DNA of 63,432 nt, filler included, from Octopus bimaculoides (taxonomy: Eukaryota), in NCBI RefSeq assembly GCF_001194135.2. It is 6 parts of 4 records of this genome, joined end to end, with 100 filler letters (N's around TTAATTAATTAA, not from the genome) between each part and the next. Parts side by side here need not be neighbours in the genome. Positions count along the whole stretch, not along the records: positions 7,970 to 36,721 come from NC_068982.1; positions 36,822 to 46,217 come from NC_068981.1; 4 more parts are not named here. The stretch is one strand, 5' to 3'. Position 1 is the first letter of the stretch. The number at the start of each line of letters is the position of its first letter. This document shows, in pieces, positions 26,410-38,268 of the stretch. The position numbers were made by a program, and so were the translations under genes. The notes under the pieces were generated by a model that had not been told where the DNA came from, ran no database searches, and saw only the letters and a program-made list of their open reading frames with translations.

Positions 26410-27015
26410 GTAGTTTATAAGGTAATAAAAATGTGTATCACTCTATACAAATATGTATTGTAATTGTATAACTGTGTAAAGTAATATAGGTCATAGATTT
26501 TTCAGCGTGACTACTAAGGTTCTTGTAGCAGGAGCATTTGTCAGATTAAGTTCTTTATTTATCTCAACGTTTCCAAAAAAAAAAAAATAATATTTTGAAA
26601 AATACATAAATAAATAAAGCTTTTCCGTTTCCATTTGGGTGCATACCTCTTAAATGGTAAAAATGAGTTATTTCTCCTATAGAGTACAATGACTCTCAAG
26701 AGCTATTGTGTGAAATAAATCAACTGAAAATAGATCAAACGTAGGAAAGAAAGGAACAGCTAATATGCAAAGAATAAGGGACTTGTCAAAAATAACATAT
26801 CGACATATTTCTCCATATAATATAATGAATCTTAGGGGCTATTGTTTGAAATAAATAAGTTAAAAATAGATCAAAAATGGGGGAAGAAAAGAGTGGTTAA
26901 TATTCGAAGAATATGGGACTTGTTAAAAATCACACACCGACGGATAAGAGACGCGTGTGGTTTTGTGTTTACATATTTTGCTGGCATACAATCACAGTGC
27001 TATTTTTTATTGCAG

Positions 27016-27215
27016 GTTTCGTCGCAATGGTGTTCATTAGCCAACAATAACGAAGTCTGGAAAGTTAAATATCATGAATCTTTTATTTGTGTACCAAGAC
27101 ATTTATATGAACAATACCGTTGCTGGAAAGAAATATATCGACAAGCAAGCAAACTTCATTTTAATTGGTCGAATGGATATGCCAAGAAACTTGAACTGTG
27201 TGGACATAAAGACAA
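27016..27215 (+). CDS. Internal coding exon of an F-box/WD40-repeat (FBXW-type) SCF substrate receptor
   Basis: Acceptor TATTTTTTATTGCAG| and donor GACAA|GTATGT; 200 bp, phase 0 to phase 2. Translation VSSQWCSLANNNEVWKVKYHESFICVPRHLYEQYRCWKEIYRQASKLHFNWSNGYAKKLELCGHKD(K) shows the F-box C-terminal half (VS..W..LA....W), the FBXW linker (WK.IY.....NW..G) and the GH dipeptide opening WD40 repeat 1. The paralogue cannot be assigned by eye. Confidence 0.8.
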
Positions 27216-27482
27216 GTATGTTGTTTTCTTTGTTCCCTTCCCAAATATTAAATGTTCTTACAGCGTCAGTTGTGTTCTTTTCCTTTTTCGTTAATTGTTT
27301 TAAGAATTGAAATATCGTATTTGATGACAGATGCACTTTTTCAAAAAAAAGAAAAAAAAAACATTCAATCAGATTACTCCGGGTCCTATATTCGAAATTA
27401 TACCTCCCGGGTTGCGTCTAATATACCCGTGAGTGTTTTATATGTTACCAAATACTCTTATGGTACCTTACGAAATTAGAGA

Positions 27483-27605
27483 TCATTGGCAAACGGTGTA
27501 TTAGCAAAGCGGTTATAGTGTAAGACAAAATACCTTGTAATATTTGTCCCGGTGCTCTGAGTTCAGATGCCGCCGACATCAACTTTTTCTTTCATTCCTT
27601 TTCAG
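27483..27605 (+). mobile_element. Type-C SINE, 5' fragment
   Basis: CTCTGAGTTCAGATGCCGCCGACATCAACTTTTTCTTTCATTCCTTTTCAGAGGCGATAA aligns to the family core TTCTGAGTTCAAATTCCGCCGAGGTCGACTTTGCCTTTCATCCTTTCGGGGTCGATAA. Confidence 0.65.
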
Positions 27606-28370
27606 AGGCGATAATACAAAGCACAAGTCCAGAGTGGCGAATTGGCGGAATTGTTTAAGTCTCGAGCTAGGGATGTCTTGTGGTATTTATTCAGGTTCTT
27701 TCGTTCTTCGTTCTTGGATAGTAAAATTAATCTATTACTCGGTTTGGATGTCTTTAGTGTAGTTCATTTTGTTCTAGGTTTGAAGAGAAATTCTTCTCTT
27801 CCTCGCACCAATCTCAGAAGCTCTGAAAAAAAAAATGGGTCGTGGGTGTTTGCCTTTCCTCCCTGACAAAGCAGTAAAAAATAAATCCATCTCTTTCTTT
27901 CTACCATACCCAACCATGACTGATAGCCTATTTGTGTATCCAGTCTGATATTTCAGAAACTACTAAAGTTAGAGCATTAAAGCATTCTTTGGGGTCGTTG
28001 CGGGTGGAATGATTACAAAGTAAAATAAAATGATATTAATTGCACTCATAGAAATTCTACGGTTACCTTGAAAACTGAAAGATTGATAGAAGTTTGTAGA
28101 AAAACTTAAAATATATAGATTCTTTTTGGAATTGTATCNNNNNNNNNNNNNNNNNNNNNNNNNNNNNNNNNNNNNNNNNNNNNNNNNNNNNNNNNNNNNN
28201 NNNNNNNNNNNNNNNNNNNNNNNNNNNNNNNNNNNNNNNNNNNNNNNNNNNNNNNNNNNNNNNNNNNNNNNNNNNNNNNNNNNNNNNNNNNNNNNNNNNN
28301 NNNNNNNNNNNNNNNNNNNNNNNNNNNNNNNNNNNNNNNNNNNNNNNNNNNNNNNNNNNNNNNNNNNNNN

Positions 28371-28414
<44 letters not shown>

Positions 28415-28416
<2 letters not shown>

Positions 28417-28945
28417 AACGTAGTGAGCTGGCAGATTCGTTAAAACGCTGGGCGAAATGCTTCAGAGATATTCGCCCGTCGCTACGTTCTGAGTTCAAAT
28501 TCCGCTGATGTCGACTTTGCCTTTCATCCTTTCAGAGTCGATAAATTAAATACCAGTGAAACACCGAGAGTCGACATAATCGACTTATTCCCTCACCCAA
28601 AATGGCTGCCCTTGTGGCAAAATTTGAAACCATTATTAGTATTATTATTATTAAGAGGGCGAGCTGGCAGAATCGTCAGCAAGCCGGCATCATGCTTAGC
28701 GGCGTCATAATATTTACCACCATTTATTATTTATTCTACAATGGCAGAATCGTTTTTACCAGATAAAAATACTCAGCGGCATTTCTTCCGGCATACTGTT
28801 CTGAGTTCAATTTCCGCCTAGGTCGACTTCGCCTTTCCTCCTTTCGGGGTGGATAAAATAAGTACCACTTAAGCACTGGGGTCGATATAATCGACTTACC
28901 TACTTACCTCAAAATCGCTGGTCATGTAACAAAATTAGTAAGGAT
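28415..28945 (+). mobile_element. Two tandem type-C SINEs (about 28415-28650 and 28655-28945) next to (ATT)n tracts
   Basis: Both have a GAGCTGGCAGA..TCG head and the TTCTGAGTTCAA.TTCCGC..GTCGACTT.GCCTTT core. The first follows an (ATT)n array and ends in an ATT-rich tail. Confidence 0.85.
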
Positions 28946-29690
28946 TATTTATTCTACATGTTTTTTGTTGGAAATGTTCTATTATGCGCTGTTGATGTCT
29001 TCTTTCTAAAGAGCATTAAAAGCATACGAGAAATGAATTGGTTGTAGCAAGGAATGGAAATCTAGTAATGGTCTCATTTCCTGAGGCACTTCTTGCTGTG
29101 TGCAATGCATTTGTTTGGTGCGCTCTATTAATATTGGTTACATTATCTTACTAGACACAAAGGCCCCGTATATCACGGTTGGATAATGAGAAGTTTGTGA
29201 TGTCCAGAACTTTACCAATATTTGCAACGTTAAGGAAATCAGGTAGCGAGACCCGTTTGAAATTTCGGCTGCCCTGAAGGCTTAACTGTTTGCTTTACAG
29301 CCTTAACCATTAAGTTTTCAAAATATTTCTATTCATTCATTCAGTATTGACATATTTATAAAAGGAAATTTAAGAATTAAGAATTAAAATCCAAATTAAT
29401 TATGAAGCGTTCCTAACGTAAATGACTGAGGAATTTGGCTACATATCAGATATGCGATATTTAAAGCATATTTCATTAATATTGATAATTATCTCATAAG
29501 ATAAAACGATATTCGATTCGGTATAAATATCCGTAATTATATCCGACAATTTTTACTTTACGTCAAGAATATGTGATTGCAGTTTATTTCTGGTCCTTTC
29601 TTGGCAATCACTTAGGTAATGCAGAGATTAAATGGAGATAGACATTTTTTCCATCTCTCTTGCTCTCTGTCTCTGCTTCTCTCTCAATCA

Positions 29691-29765
<75 letters not shown>

Positions 29766-30199
29766 TCCGTTTATCAATTTATCTGTCCATCTATCGCATT
29801 CTCCAGCTAACTATCAGTGTATTTGTCTTCTATCTTTGAATGATTCAATCTCGTTCACTCAGTTATGCGCGCACACACATACGCAAACGCACACACACAC
29901 AAACACACATATATTCACTCACTAAAACGTACACATGTATCTGTGTATGAGTGCACATATACATGCACATACATGCATGCGTCTGAATGTATTTGTATTT
30001 GTGTGTTTGTACGCGTGCATGTGTATGTGTGTATATATCTGTATGTATGTGCATATGTTTGTGTGTGTGTATGTGTGTGTGTATATGTGTGTATGTATGT
30101 GTGTGTGTGCGTGTGTGTGCACGCACAAGAAATTTGTGTTCACACGTTTCTTACAATATTACTGACAAATTTCTATTGGTTCTCACAGGCAAACGAGAA

Positions 30200-30460
30200 C
30201 TTGATAGACGAATCTCTAAAATAGAAGGGAAAGATTTGGTCCAGATACCAGAGATGTTATCGTTCCTCGGCACCACATTCAGTCTTCAGAATGTAAATAT
30301 CCTCTTACAGCCAAATACTACATCTTCACGTAGAGCTTCAAGGTTAACTTGCGATAAACGCTCGGTTCACCTGGATTATTGTGACCCTCTAAAGAAATTA
30401 AACCGCATTCACTCAAAGCTACTTGGTTGCGTGTTCTGTGCAGAAAGAATGAAGATATGA
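30200..30460 (+). mobile_element. Possible decayed CR1-type LINE RT C-terminal fragment
   Basis: EGKDLVQIPEMLSF and SRRASRL..LDYCDPLKKLN resemble the CR1 motifs EKDLGV..LSF and QRRATRLI..LSYEERLRKLNL. Confidence 0.45.
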
Positions 30461-33400
30461 ATGACACACAGTATCTTGAAGAATGATTACCAAATTGATG
30501 AGTTAACTTCGTAATCATTCTTGTAGTTTATTGTTCTGTATCTATCTATCTTGCTAATACCACTTCTGTTGTGGGTGAAACGATGACCACTAATATTTCG
30601 TCGAAGAATCTGTTATTGTCAGTCTTATCAGATATAATAGAAACATTGGATAAAAATCCTCTTCTCAAGTGATTAGTTGTCTCAAATCTCCAGTAATTCA
30701 AGTTGTTTCCTCGTCATAAAGCTTTTTTCTTGAAACGGAAAAAAAAAAAAAAAAAAANNNNNNNNNNAGAAATTGACGTTTTCTAGTCACCAGAATCATT
30801 TCGTTTGTCTAGTGACCAGAAACATCAAAATTACCATACTATCAAAAAAGCATGAAAGACAACTACGTTTTTCTAAAACTTGATGACAATCCAGCGGCGT
30901 TTTCCACACACACACGCGCGCGAGCACACACACACACACACACATAAATAGATAGATATATAGATACATACATACACGCGTGCATACATACATACATGCA
31001 TACATGAATACATGCATACATACATACGTACATACATACATACATACATACATGCATACATACATACATGCGTACATGAATACATGCATACATACATACA
31101 TGCATACATACGTACATACATACATACATACATACATACATACATACATACATACATACATACATACATACATACATACACGCTCCCATTCAGTGGCCAA
31201 GAAAGGACTGATGCTAGGTAGATCAAAGCAGAACAATATACACGAAACTCAGGAAGGCCAATACGAACTTCTGAACCTCAGCAAAGTTTTGAGAGTGAGT
31301 CTTGGACACCAGAAAATAGCTATATTGGGAAATTATTGAGAAGATGGTGGAAAATATGAAAAGGTTAACAAAAATTTTACAAATTATTTTAATTATGATT
31401 TCATTGAACGTGTTTTAAAGAAGGGCTAATGTCCATTTATTCAAACATATATATTACCAAAGAAATATGTTATCCAATTTAAAGGACATTTCATATAAGC
31501 ATACAAAAAACATCAATAAACAATATTAAAAAATATATTTCATTCGAAAATTATCACATCTCAGTAATTATCTATGTATTTGTCATGTGTACCAGGATAT
31601 ATGTCGTGTCATTGTCGCATTACCTATAGCAGTCTTCTAGTCAGCCTGTATCCATCTTATATATTCGGCTATGTAAGCTAAGTGATATTTAAAAAAAAAA
31701 TTGCCATGGAATCAATAGAATGATGCTGCCGGTAAACATTATTTTATCTACTTGACTATCTTTAGTTTTCGTTTCTAAGAAGAGAAATTATAAACCTTGT
31801 TATATTTATATAAATCATATCTGTGCCTATCTATAGTTATGGGAAACAAACCAAGACTGATTTCTTACAAATAACTAAAACTTACAATGAAAACTCAAGT
31901 CGAAGTATTTGCATTTTAGCGACTGCAGATATTGCAAGTCATCATATATTTAAATGACATAAGCATAACGCCTATATAAAGCATGTTCGTTTAATTTATA
32001 TAAGCTACTTTATGCAACGAGTAGGTTTCATTTTGCTACTACTCAATATTCTGATGATTTGATGGAATAAATTCATACAGGTATTTATGACACAGCAGGT
32101 TTGACCTTGTTACGATTTAATACACCAGTTGATAGTTAAGATCAGCTTTACATAATAGATTTAACCTTTTTATGATTTAGCATGTCACACGATTATAATA
32201 ATGTAGATAGGTTTGGTCAACGTGACACGTGTTCGTAGTGCAGCGTTATACGAAACGCATAATTAATTTGACATCGTAATTCAGTGACACATCAGTCGGT
32301 CGGGATTAAGTGTTGCACATTAGCGCCAAATATAGGTTTGGTCTCGCGTATTATCTGCTTATAATTGTATACATCTGACAGATTCTATTAGGCTAGCTGA
32401 AACTAGTCTTCTTTTCAAGCATTCTGCAAAACTATTGGCTAAATCAAGCTGCTAGAAACGGATAAATACATCTAAATATGATGGATAGTAAATATATCAT
32501 TTCTTTAGTTCATGGAATGCAAGCCAATTTCTATTGCTTCATATCACTGCTGATTGGTAGCGACAAGATAAATATAGTACATAAATCTGACCATAATGGA
32601 CAATATTTCAGGTATGTTTAGTCAGTGGGGAGAATTGAAGAGGATTATAACAATGTTCTGAATAACGCACAACAAACAAAATTCAACTATGATGTATATT
32701 TGGGTTTTCAAACAAGGTTTGCTGCTGCTGCTGCTGCTGCTGCTATTGTAGTCGTTAATCCCAGATCAGATCAGATCTTGCAGATTTATGATTAAGAACA
32801 TTTCAGTCGTGAACTTTCTATTTTTTTTAAAAATTTAAACTTAATGTATTTAGGACTACGTTAGTACCGAATTGTGTATTTCATTATTTCAATGTTAATT
32901 CATCTGTGACTAACGCAATTCTAAGCCCATATATACCCCTGGTTGCGTTTTCACAATGCAAAACCTGCTCCTACTTGTTTGAACATGAACTCGCCGGGAA
33001 GCATCTGACTGAGCATAGGAAATGTTCTGTGGGTAGACGATACCCGTAGCTGACAGTTGCATACTGTCCTTCTCTTCCGGATTGTGAAAGCTTACCATAA
33101 CGTTTAATCTAAATACAGTGAAATTTTAAGACTTCAATTTTTTTATGGGCATATATAGGTTAATCCACTTTTAGTTCTGACAGCTGATTTTGAAGATGCC
33201 AATAGCTAGGCACATCATGCCATAATATTTTGTTTAGCACCTACCCCTTATGAGGGAGACTATATGGTCACTTGACCTGCTTCAAGTAACAACCAAATAT
33301 TCCTTAAATCACATTTTTGCATGTTACAAAGAGAAGGGTAGATGGGATAACATAGTGATACATAGGATAGGTTGATAACTACTACAAGGATTTTCATCAT

Positions 33401-34339
33401 GGGCCTGCTTGAGCAGGGATTACTCGAAGCTAAACAACAACTTAGTTTTGTAACGTTCATATATGATCTCTCTTCGATAATTCATTCGAAATTGCGATCT
33501 ATTCAATATAAAATTATTAAAAAAACTTTTCTGGTCATTCAGAGATGGTGGAGAAGCAGAGAAAGTAATCTTTTCCTGCTCTACCAGACAAGAGAAATCG
33601 ATATAGCTGATGCTCAATTTAAACTACTATAGGTGTATTCACGAGGTTCTCAGATCTATAGTTCTGTGGATGAGGTGTTGGAACAAGATTTCAGTGCAGG
33701 ACTGGAAATTCGAGACAGCAAGGGAAGAGACAAGTCAGTCAAGTGCTTCAAGGTACAGTAGATGGGCAACTAGCTGGTCAGTAAAAGCAGAAACCATTGT
33801 TGTGTCGAGAGAAGAGGCAGAAGGAGAGAACACTAGTAGCGAGTGAGTCTTTGTCAATCAGTCGAATAAACTTGTTTTGAATGCAGTCAACGATATTTTC
33901 ACGTATAGCAGCAATACTTCTCGGATGTTGGAGCAATATGCGTAAGTTTTAAAAGAATGTATAACCTTTGTGTTAATTTTTACGTTATATTTTGGTGTTG
34001 ATTAGGTAAGCTTTGAATTAACACACATCAATTTTCGGGTAAATTGCATATTAGATAAATAACCATCATCTAATATAATTTGGCCTAATTTTGATCTCTC
34101 ATTTCGTTAAACTGCAGTTAAATTAAATATTTTTTTTCAGTTCTTCAAAACTCTCAATAACCCGCAACTTTATATAACAGTCACTAAGATGTTGAACTCA
34201 CAATGATCTTGATTGGTTAAGATCTTGTGCAAATCTTGTACGTAGCGTTTAGGCAAGCAATGGGCCTGAAGTTTTCTACCAACTCAGTGATTTCATTCTA
34301 GGCTACAAGTTTCGTTCGCGCTATAGCAAGCCAATTTGG

Positions 34340-35560
34340 TATATCAGCCTGGACTACAATAGTTCTTTCCAATGTACACATGAATGACTTTCTGTAGAGT
34401 GTCGTAGTTTACCTACAGCTATAGTGAAAGTTTCAGGGTCGATTGTGCATGTTTTATTGTCGATGTTGGTAGAGTATTCTTTCTTAACTGTATTTAGCCA
34501 ATATGCATTATGGTTGAGATCTTCATTTTCATTCCAGATCTTAGACTGGAAATATTCTTTCTTAACTGTTATGTTTTCTTCCTCATCTCCCGGTAAAATG
34601 CCAGTAGCAAACTTGTGATTTATACTAGCTCTGTTCTTCTTTAAAGAAAGCTGCTTTCCCGCAAGAGTTTGAAATTTTTTACATAAAATGTTATTGGTGA
34701 AATGTGAACTCATTATTCCCCTTGCATTTTATTATCGTCGTAACCATCCAATGCAGGTTGCTGATGTTTTCTTCTAGCTTCGTAATTTCATTAGCGCGTG
34801 CACTAGGTGTTCTTTAAGAGTAATAGCAGCTGCGTATAAGAAAGCGTTAATTGTTCAATAATTAACACCACATTATTTCATGTGCTTCCAGCAACGTCGT
34901 CAGTAACTTTTAACATGAGAGCAATTGGCTTTTTATGTAATTTCGTTAAGAATGGCTTTTTATTCAATGACAACTTAGAAAAACTGGGTTAGTCTTTTAC
35001 GTACTGTGGTTTCGAAATGTCCTTAAATTGAATCTATTTCTCGTCTCTGTTGAATCGGCCACATGCGGAGATATACTAAAATTGACTGACGGCGACAGCT
35101 GTTTGTTTACTTTATATTCAATCTTTCTTATGACAAATGTTGGCCTGTCCTCAATGTTTTGAGAAGATCGATTACCATCACAAGAATTGGAAAAACAATC
35201 CATTATAGCCAATACTTTTGCAAAGAAAGAAGCCTATTGTTGAAGCTGATTCACTGTAAAATAATTTAAGTTTGGGTAAACTTCGTCCCAGTATATTTTC
35301 AGCCACTTCACGTGGCCGATAGAAGGGTCATCTCGAGGCTTCTTTATGGTGCCGAAGTGGATCTTAGTTTAAATGTAAAGACCAAATGAAATGAGAAGAG
35401 TACTTACGTCATCTTAAATAACTTACAGGTATCGTACTATTGCTTGCATAGGTGCCGGTGTTGGTGGTGTTATTATCAATATCCTCCATGGTCGTCCTGA
35501 CGGAGCTTCACGTGGTGTAAGGCATATTTTGTAATCCGATCTGAATAACGTTACGTTGGT
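34340..35560 (-). mobile_element. Decayed R4/Dong-clade LINE, 5' part (N-terminal region up to the start of the RT)
   Basis: ORF 34354..34713 contains EYFQSKIWNENEDLNHNAYWLNTVKKEY...IDPETFTIAVGKL, matching the pre-RT FW..IW....HN..A.WL motif. Upstream, YWDEVYPNLNYFTVNQLQQ resembles the N-terminal WD..HPE...F....L..Q motif. Confidence 0.75.
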
Positions 35561-35744
35561 TAACTAAAGGTGGTTCATTTATTTATAACAGGAAAAATAA
35601 GACAATTACTGATCTAGGCTGAACGAGTGGGCATAAATGTAGAAAAAAGGTTGAGAAAAAAGGCGATTTAAATGGTTCTCTATATCTGCACGTCTGGCGT
35701 TGTCCGCACCGTGTTACTATGTACGAACGAATATATCTATATTT

Positions 35745-35943
35745 TATAGTTTACTTGTTTCAGTCATAAGACTCCCACCATACTGGGGCACCACCTTAAA
35801 GAGATTTTGGTCGAACGAATCGACCCTAGTACTTTTTTAAGCCTGGCACTTATTCCATCGATACCTTTAACAGAACCGCTAGATTACGGAGGTGGAAACA
35901 AACCAACACCGGTTGTCAAGCAGTGGACAAACACAGACAGAAA

Positions 35944-35945
<2 letters not shown>
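35745..35945 (-). mobile_element. Type-B SINE, 3' half, running into a long (CA)n tract (35945-36060)
   Basis: TTACTTGTTTCAGTCAT..ATACTGGGGCACCACCTT..TCGACCCTAGTACTT..CCAACACCGGTTGTCAAGC is the reverse complement of the family 3' half. Confidence 0.85.
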
Positions 35946-36034
<89 letters not shown>

Positions 36035-36494
36035 ACACACACATACACACACACACACATACACAAACATGCTTGTATGTACGTATATATAAAAACTATA
36101 TTTATAAGCACACACGCGGAAACAGCGCGCGTAAATGATATATATATATATAAAACTTGATATTTATATACTGAGGGTGATAAATTGAATATTAATTTAA
36201 TTAACATCAGTTTAAAACCAGTGGCCTAGCGTTTAAAAATTCAGAAAAATTGTATTACATGCGTATAAGAAGGGATGAACACTAAGTGGACATCCGATAT
36301 GCTAGAAGTAAGTAAAAGAGTTAATGGCGAAACCCGGTCTACGATTAATTCTTTATTTTGTATATTTTCATTTGTCTTGCACGCTTATGTTCTGGTGTTT
36401 GCTGAAATTTTTCTGTAGAACATTCTTTTCTTTGTGGTTAGATCGTAGGTGATCTTTTTCTAGCATATTGGATGTCCACTTAGTGGTCATCCCT

Positions 36495-36721
36495 ATTTCA
36501 AAATACCTCGACCATATCCTATCCCCGTTAGTTGCTGCCCTCCCATCCCACATACACGACACCAACCACGCCCTTCGCCTCTTCAATTCCTTTTCCTTCC
36601 CTCCCGGCCCCTCACACCTCCTCTTCACCCTGGACATCAAATCCCTATACACGGTGATTCCACACAACGATGGTCTCTCAGCCCTCCAATACTTCCTTGA
36701 CCGCCGCCCTGACCCCACACC
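36495..36721 (+). mobile_element. Penelope-like element (PLE) reverse-transcriptase fragment, cut off by an assembly gap
   Basis: Open, C-rich frame ISKYLDHILSPLVAALPSHIHDTNHALRLFNSFSFPPGPSHLLFTLDIKSLYTVIPHNDGLSALQYFLDRRPDPT contains the diagnostic PLE motifs LP.+I.DT and T.D+.SLYT.IPH..GL. Confidence 0.9.
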
Positions 36722-37159
36722 NNNNNNNNNNNNNNNNNNNNNNNNNNNNNNNNNNNNNNNNNNNNTTAATTAATTAANNNNNNNNNNNNNNNNNNNNNNN
36801 NNNNNNNNNNNNNNNNNNNNNATATATATATATAAATATATATATATATTCATCTCTGTCGCTTTCTGTTTCTATTTCCATATTTTTGTCTCGGTTCTTT
36901 ATGGCCACTCATATGTACATTTTTTTTATTTTTTGCATGCGTATGAATAGTTATTTGTAGTGAGTTCATCGTTTGCCCATCTGAATCCACATATATAAAA
37001 AAATTGATTAAATCTACATATCTCTGGAAATAACTTTTACCTTTCGAGTTCGGAGATGCAATGCACTCGAATATGAGTACATTGCATTCTATAGCAGACG
37101 AAGGCTAACGAAGTTCAGTACATAATTTCTTTTTCTCTGGTCATTTATATAATCTCTCC

Positions 37160-37590
37160 CACAGAGGTGCTAACCGGTTTTGGGGCCACAAAAGGGCATA
37201 TACTGAGACACTGCTTAGAAAAGTCTTCAACAGTTACCATTGTTGTCTATTCAGAAATACTGGCCAGCAAACTACAAGCAATAACTCGTGCAATATGTTG
37301 AGGTCTATTGTTAAGTGTTATTCTTGCACGACACTGAACGTCCACATTCATCTGTCCATAGAATTGAAATCATCGAACAATTGTGTTTTGTGTTGCTGAA
37401 ACAGCCTGTATATAGCTGAAACATCATTTACCAGGTCATCGATTTGCTACGGACCAAGAAGTACAATAATATGTGCATAAATGGCTGCGCAACCAGCTGA
37501 AAAAGTTATTTTCTGATGGAAGAAGCATTTTTGTGCATCGCTGGAAGAAGTGCTTCGAAAAGCAAAGAGACTATATCAAACAATGAGGAA
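37160..37590 (+). mobile_element. Decayed mariner transposase, C-terminal (catalytic) part
   Basis: Frameshifted peptides LHDTERPHS..EIIEQLCFVLLKQPVYS (compare LHDNARPH..HPPYS) and GHRFATDQEVQ*YVHKWLRNQLKKLFSDGRSIFVHRWKKCFEKQRDYIK. Confidence 0.85.
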
Positions 37591-37644
37591 ATTGTTCTAT
37601 CCCTGCTTTTGTTTTAATAAGTTACAGGAATGAGAGTTCATATA

Positions 37645-38212
37645 TTTTGTTGTCTGGAAAGTTCGTTGTAGAACATGGTTGAGTCCATAAAATAGGATTT
37701 GACTACATATGTGCTCTCTTTAGAGCACAGCTTAAGCTATCTTTTCGTGGAAGAATGCTTATGATCCTATAACCTGTGTTAATTCTGTAATCCTTTAAAA
37801 TGGAAGATAAGAAAATTCATTTTCGGCACTTGATGCTTTTCTTTTTCCGTAAAGGGAAATATGCCTCACGAGCAACCAAAGAAATATGTGCAGTTTACGG
37901 TGATGTTTCTTTATCCGAAAGAACTGTACGGAAGTGGTTCGCAAGGTTCCGAGCTGGAGATTGAAGCCTTATTGATAAAGAGTGATCAAGCCGACCACCC
38001 ACTACAGATGATGACCAAATCAAGTCATTAATTGAGAATAACCTACATTGCACAACCCGAGAATTGGCAGAATGCCTCAACCTATCAAAATCCGTCTTTC
38101 ATGAGCACCTAGTAAAGCTTGGGTACACAAATCGCTACGATGTTTGGGTACCACATGAGTTGAGTGAGAAGAACCTTTTGGAAACTCGGCACGAACTTTA
38201 CGGACAACCCAA
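37645..38212 (+). mobile_element. Internally deleted mariner with both TIRs and the N-terminal DNA-binding domain
   Basis: TIRs TA|TTTTGTTGTCTGGAAAGTTCG and, in reverse complement, TA|TTGGGTTGTCCGTAAAGTTCG. From ATG 37800: MEDKKIHFRHLMLFFFRKGKYASRATKEICAVYGDVSLSERTVRKWFARFRAGD*SLIDKE*SSRP...TTRELAECLNLS..LGYTNRYDVWVPHELSEKNL, including the WVPHEL motif. Confidence 0.92.
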
Positions 38213-38232
38213 TAACTTTTGACTTACCGTCG

Positions 38233-38267
<35 letters not shown>

Positions 38268-38268
<1 letters not shown>

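Noticed and set aside
32930-33045. CKTCSYLFEHELAGKHLTEH, resembling a C2H2 zinc finger
   Set aside because: The spacing is C-x2-C-x11-H rather than x12, there is no linker or neighbouring finger, and there are no clear splice sites.
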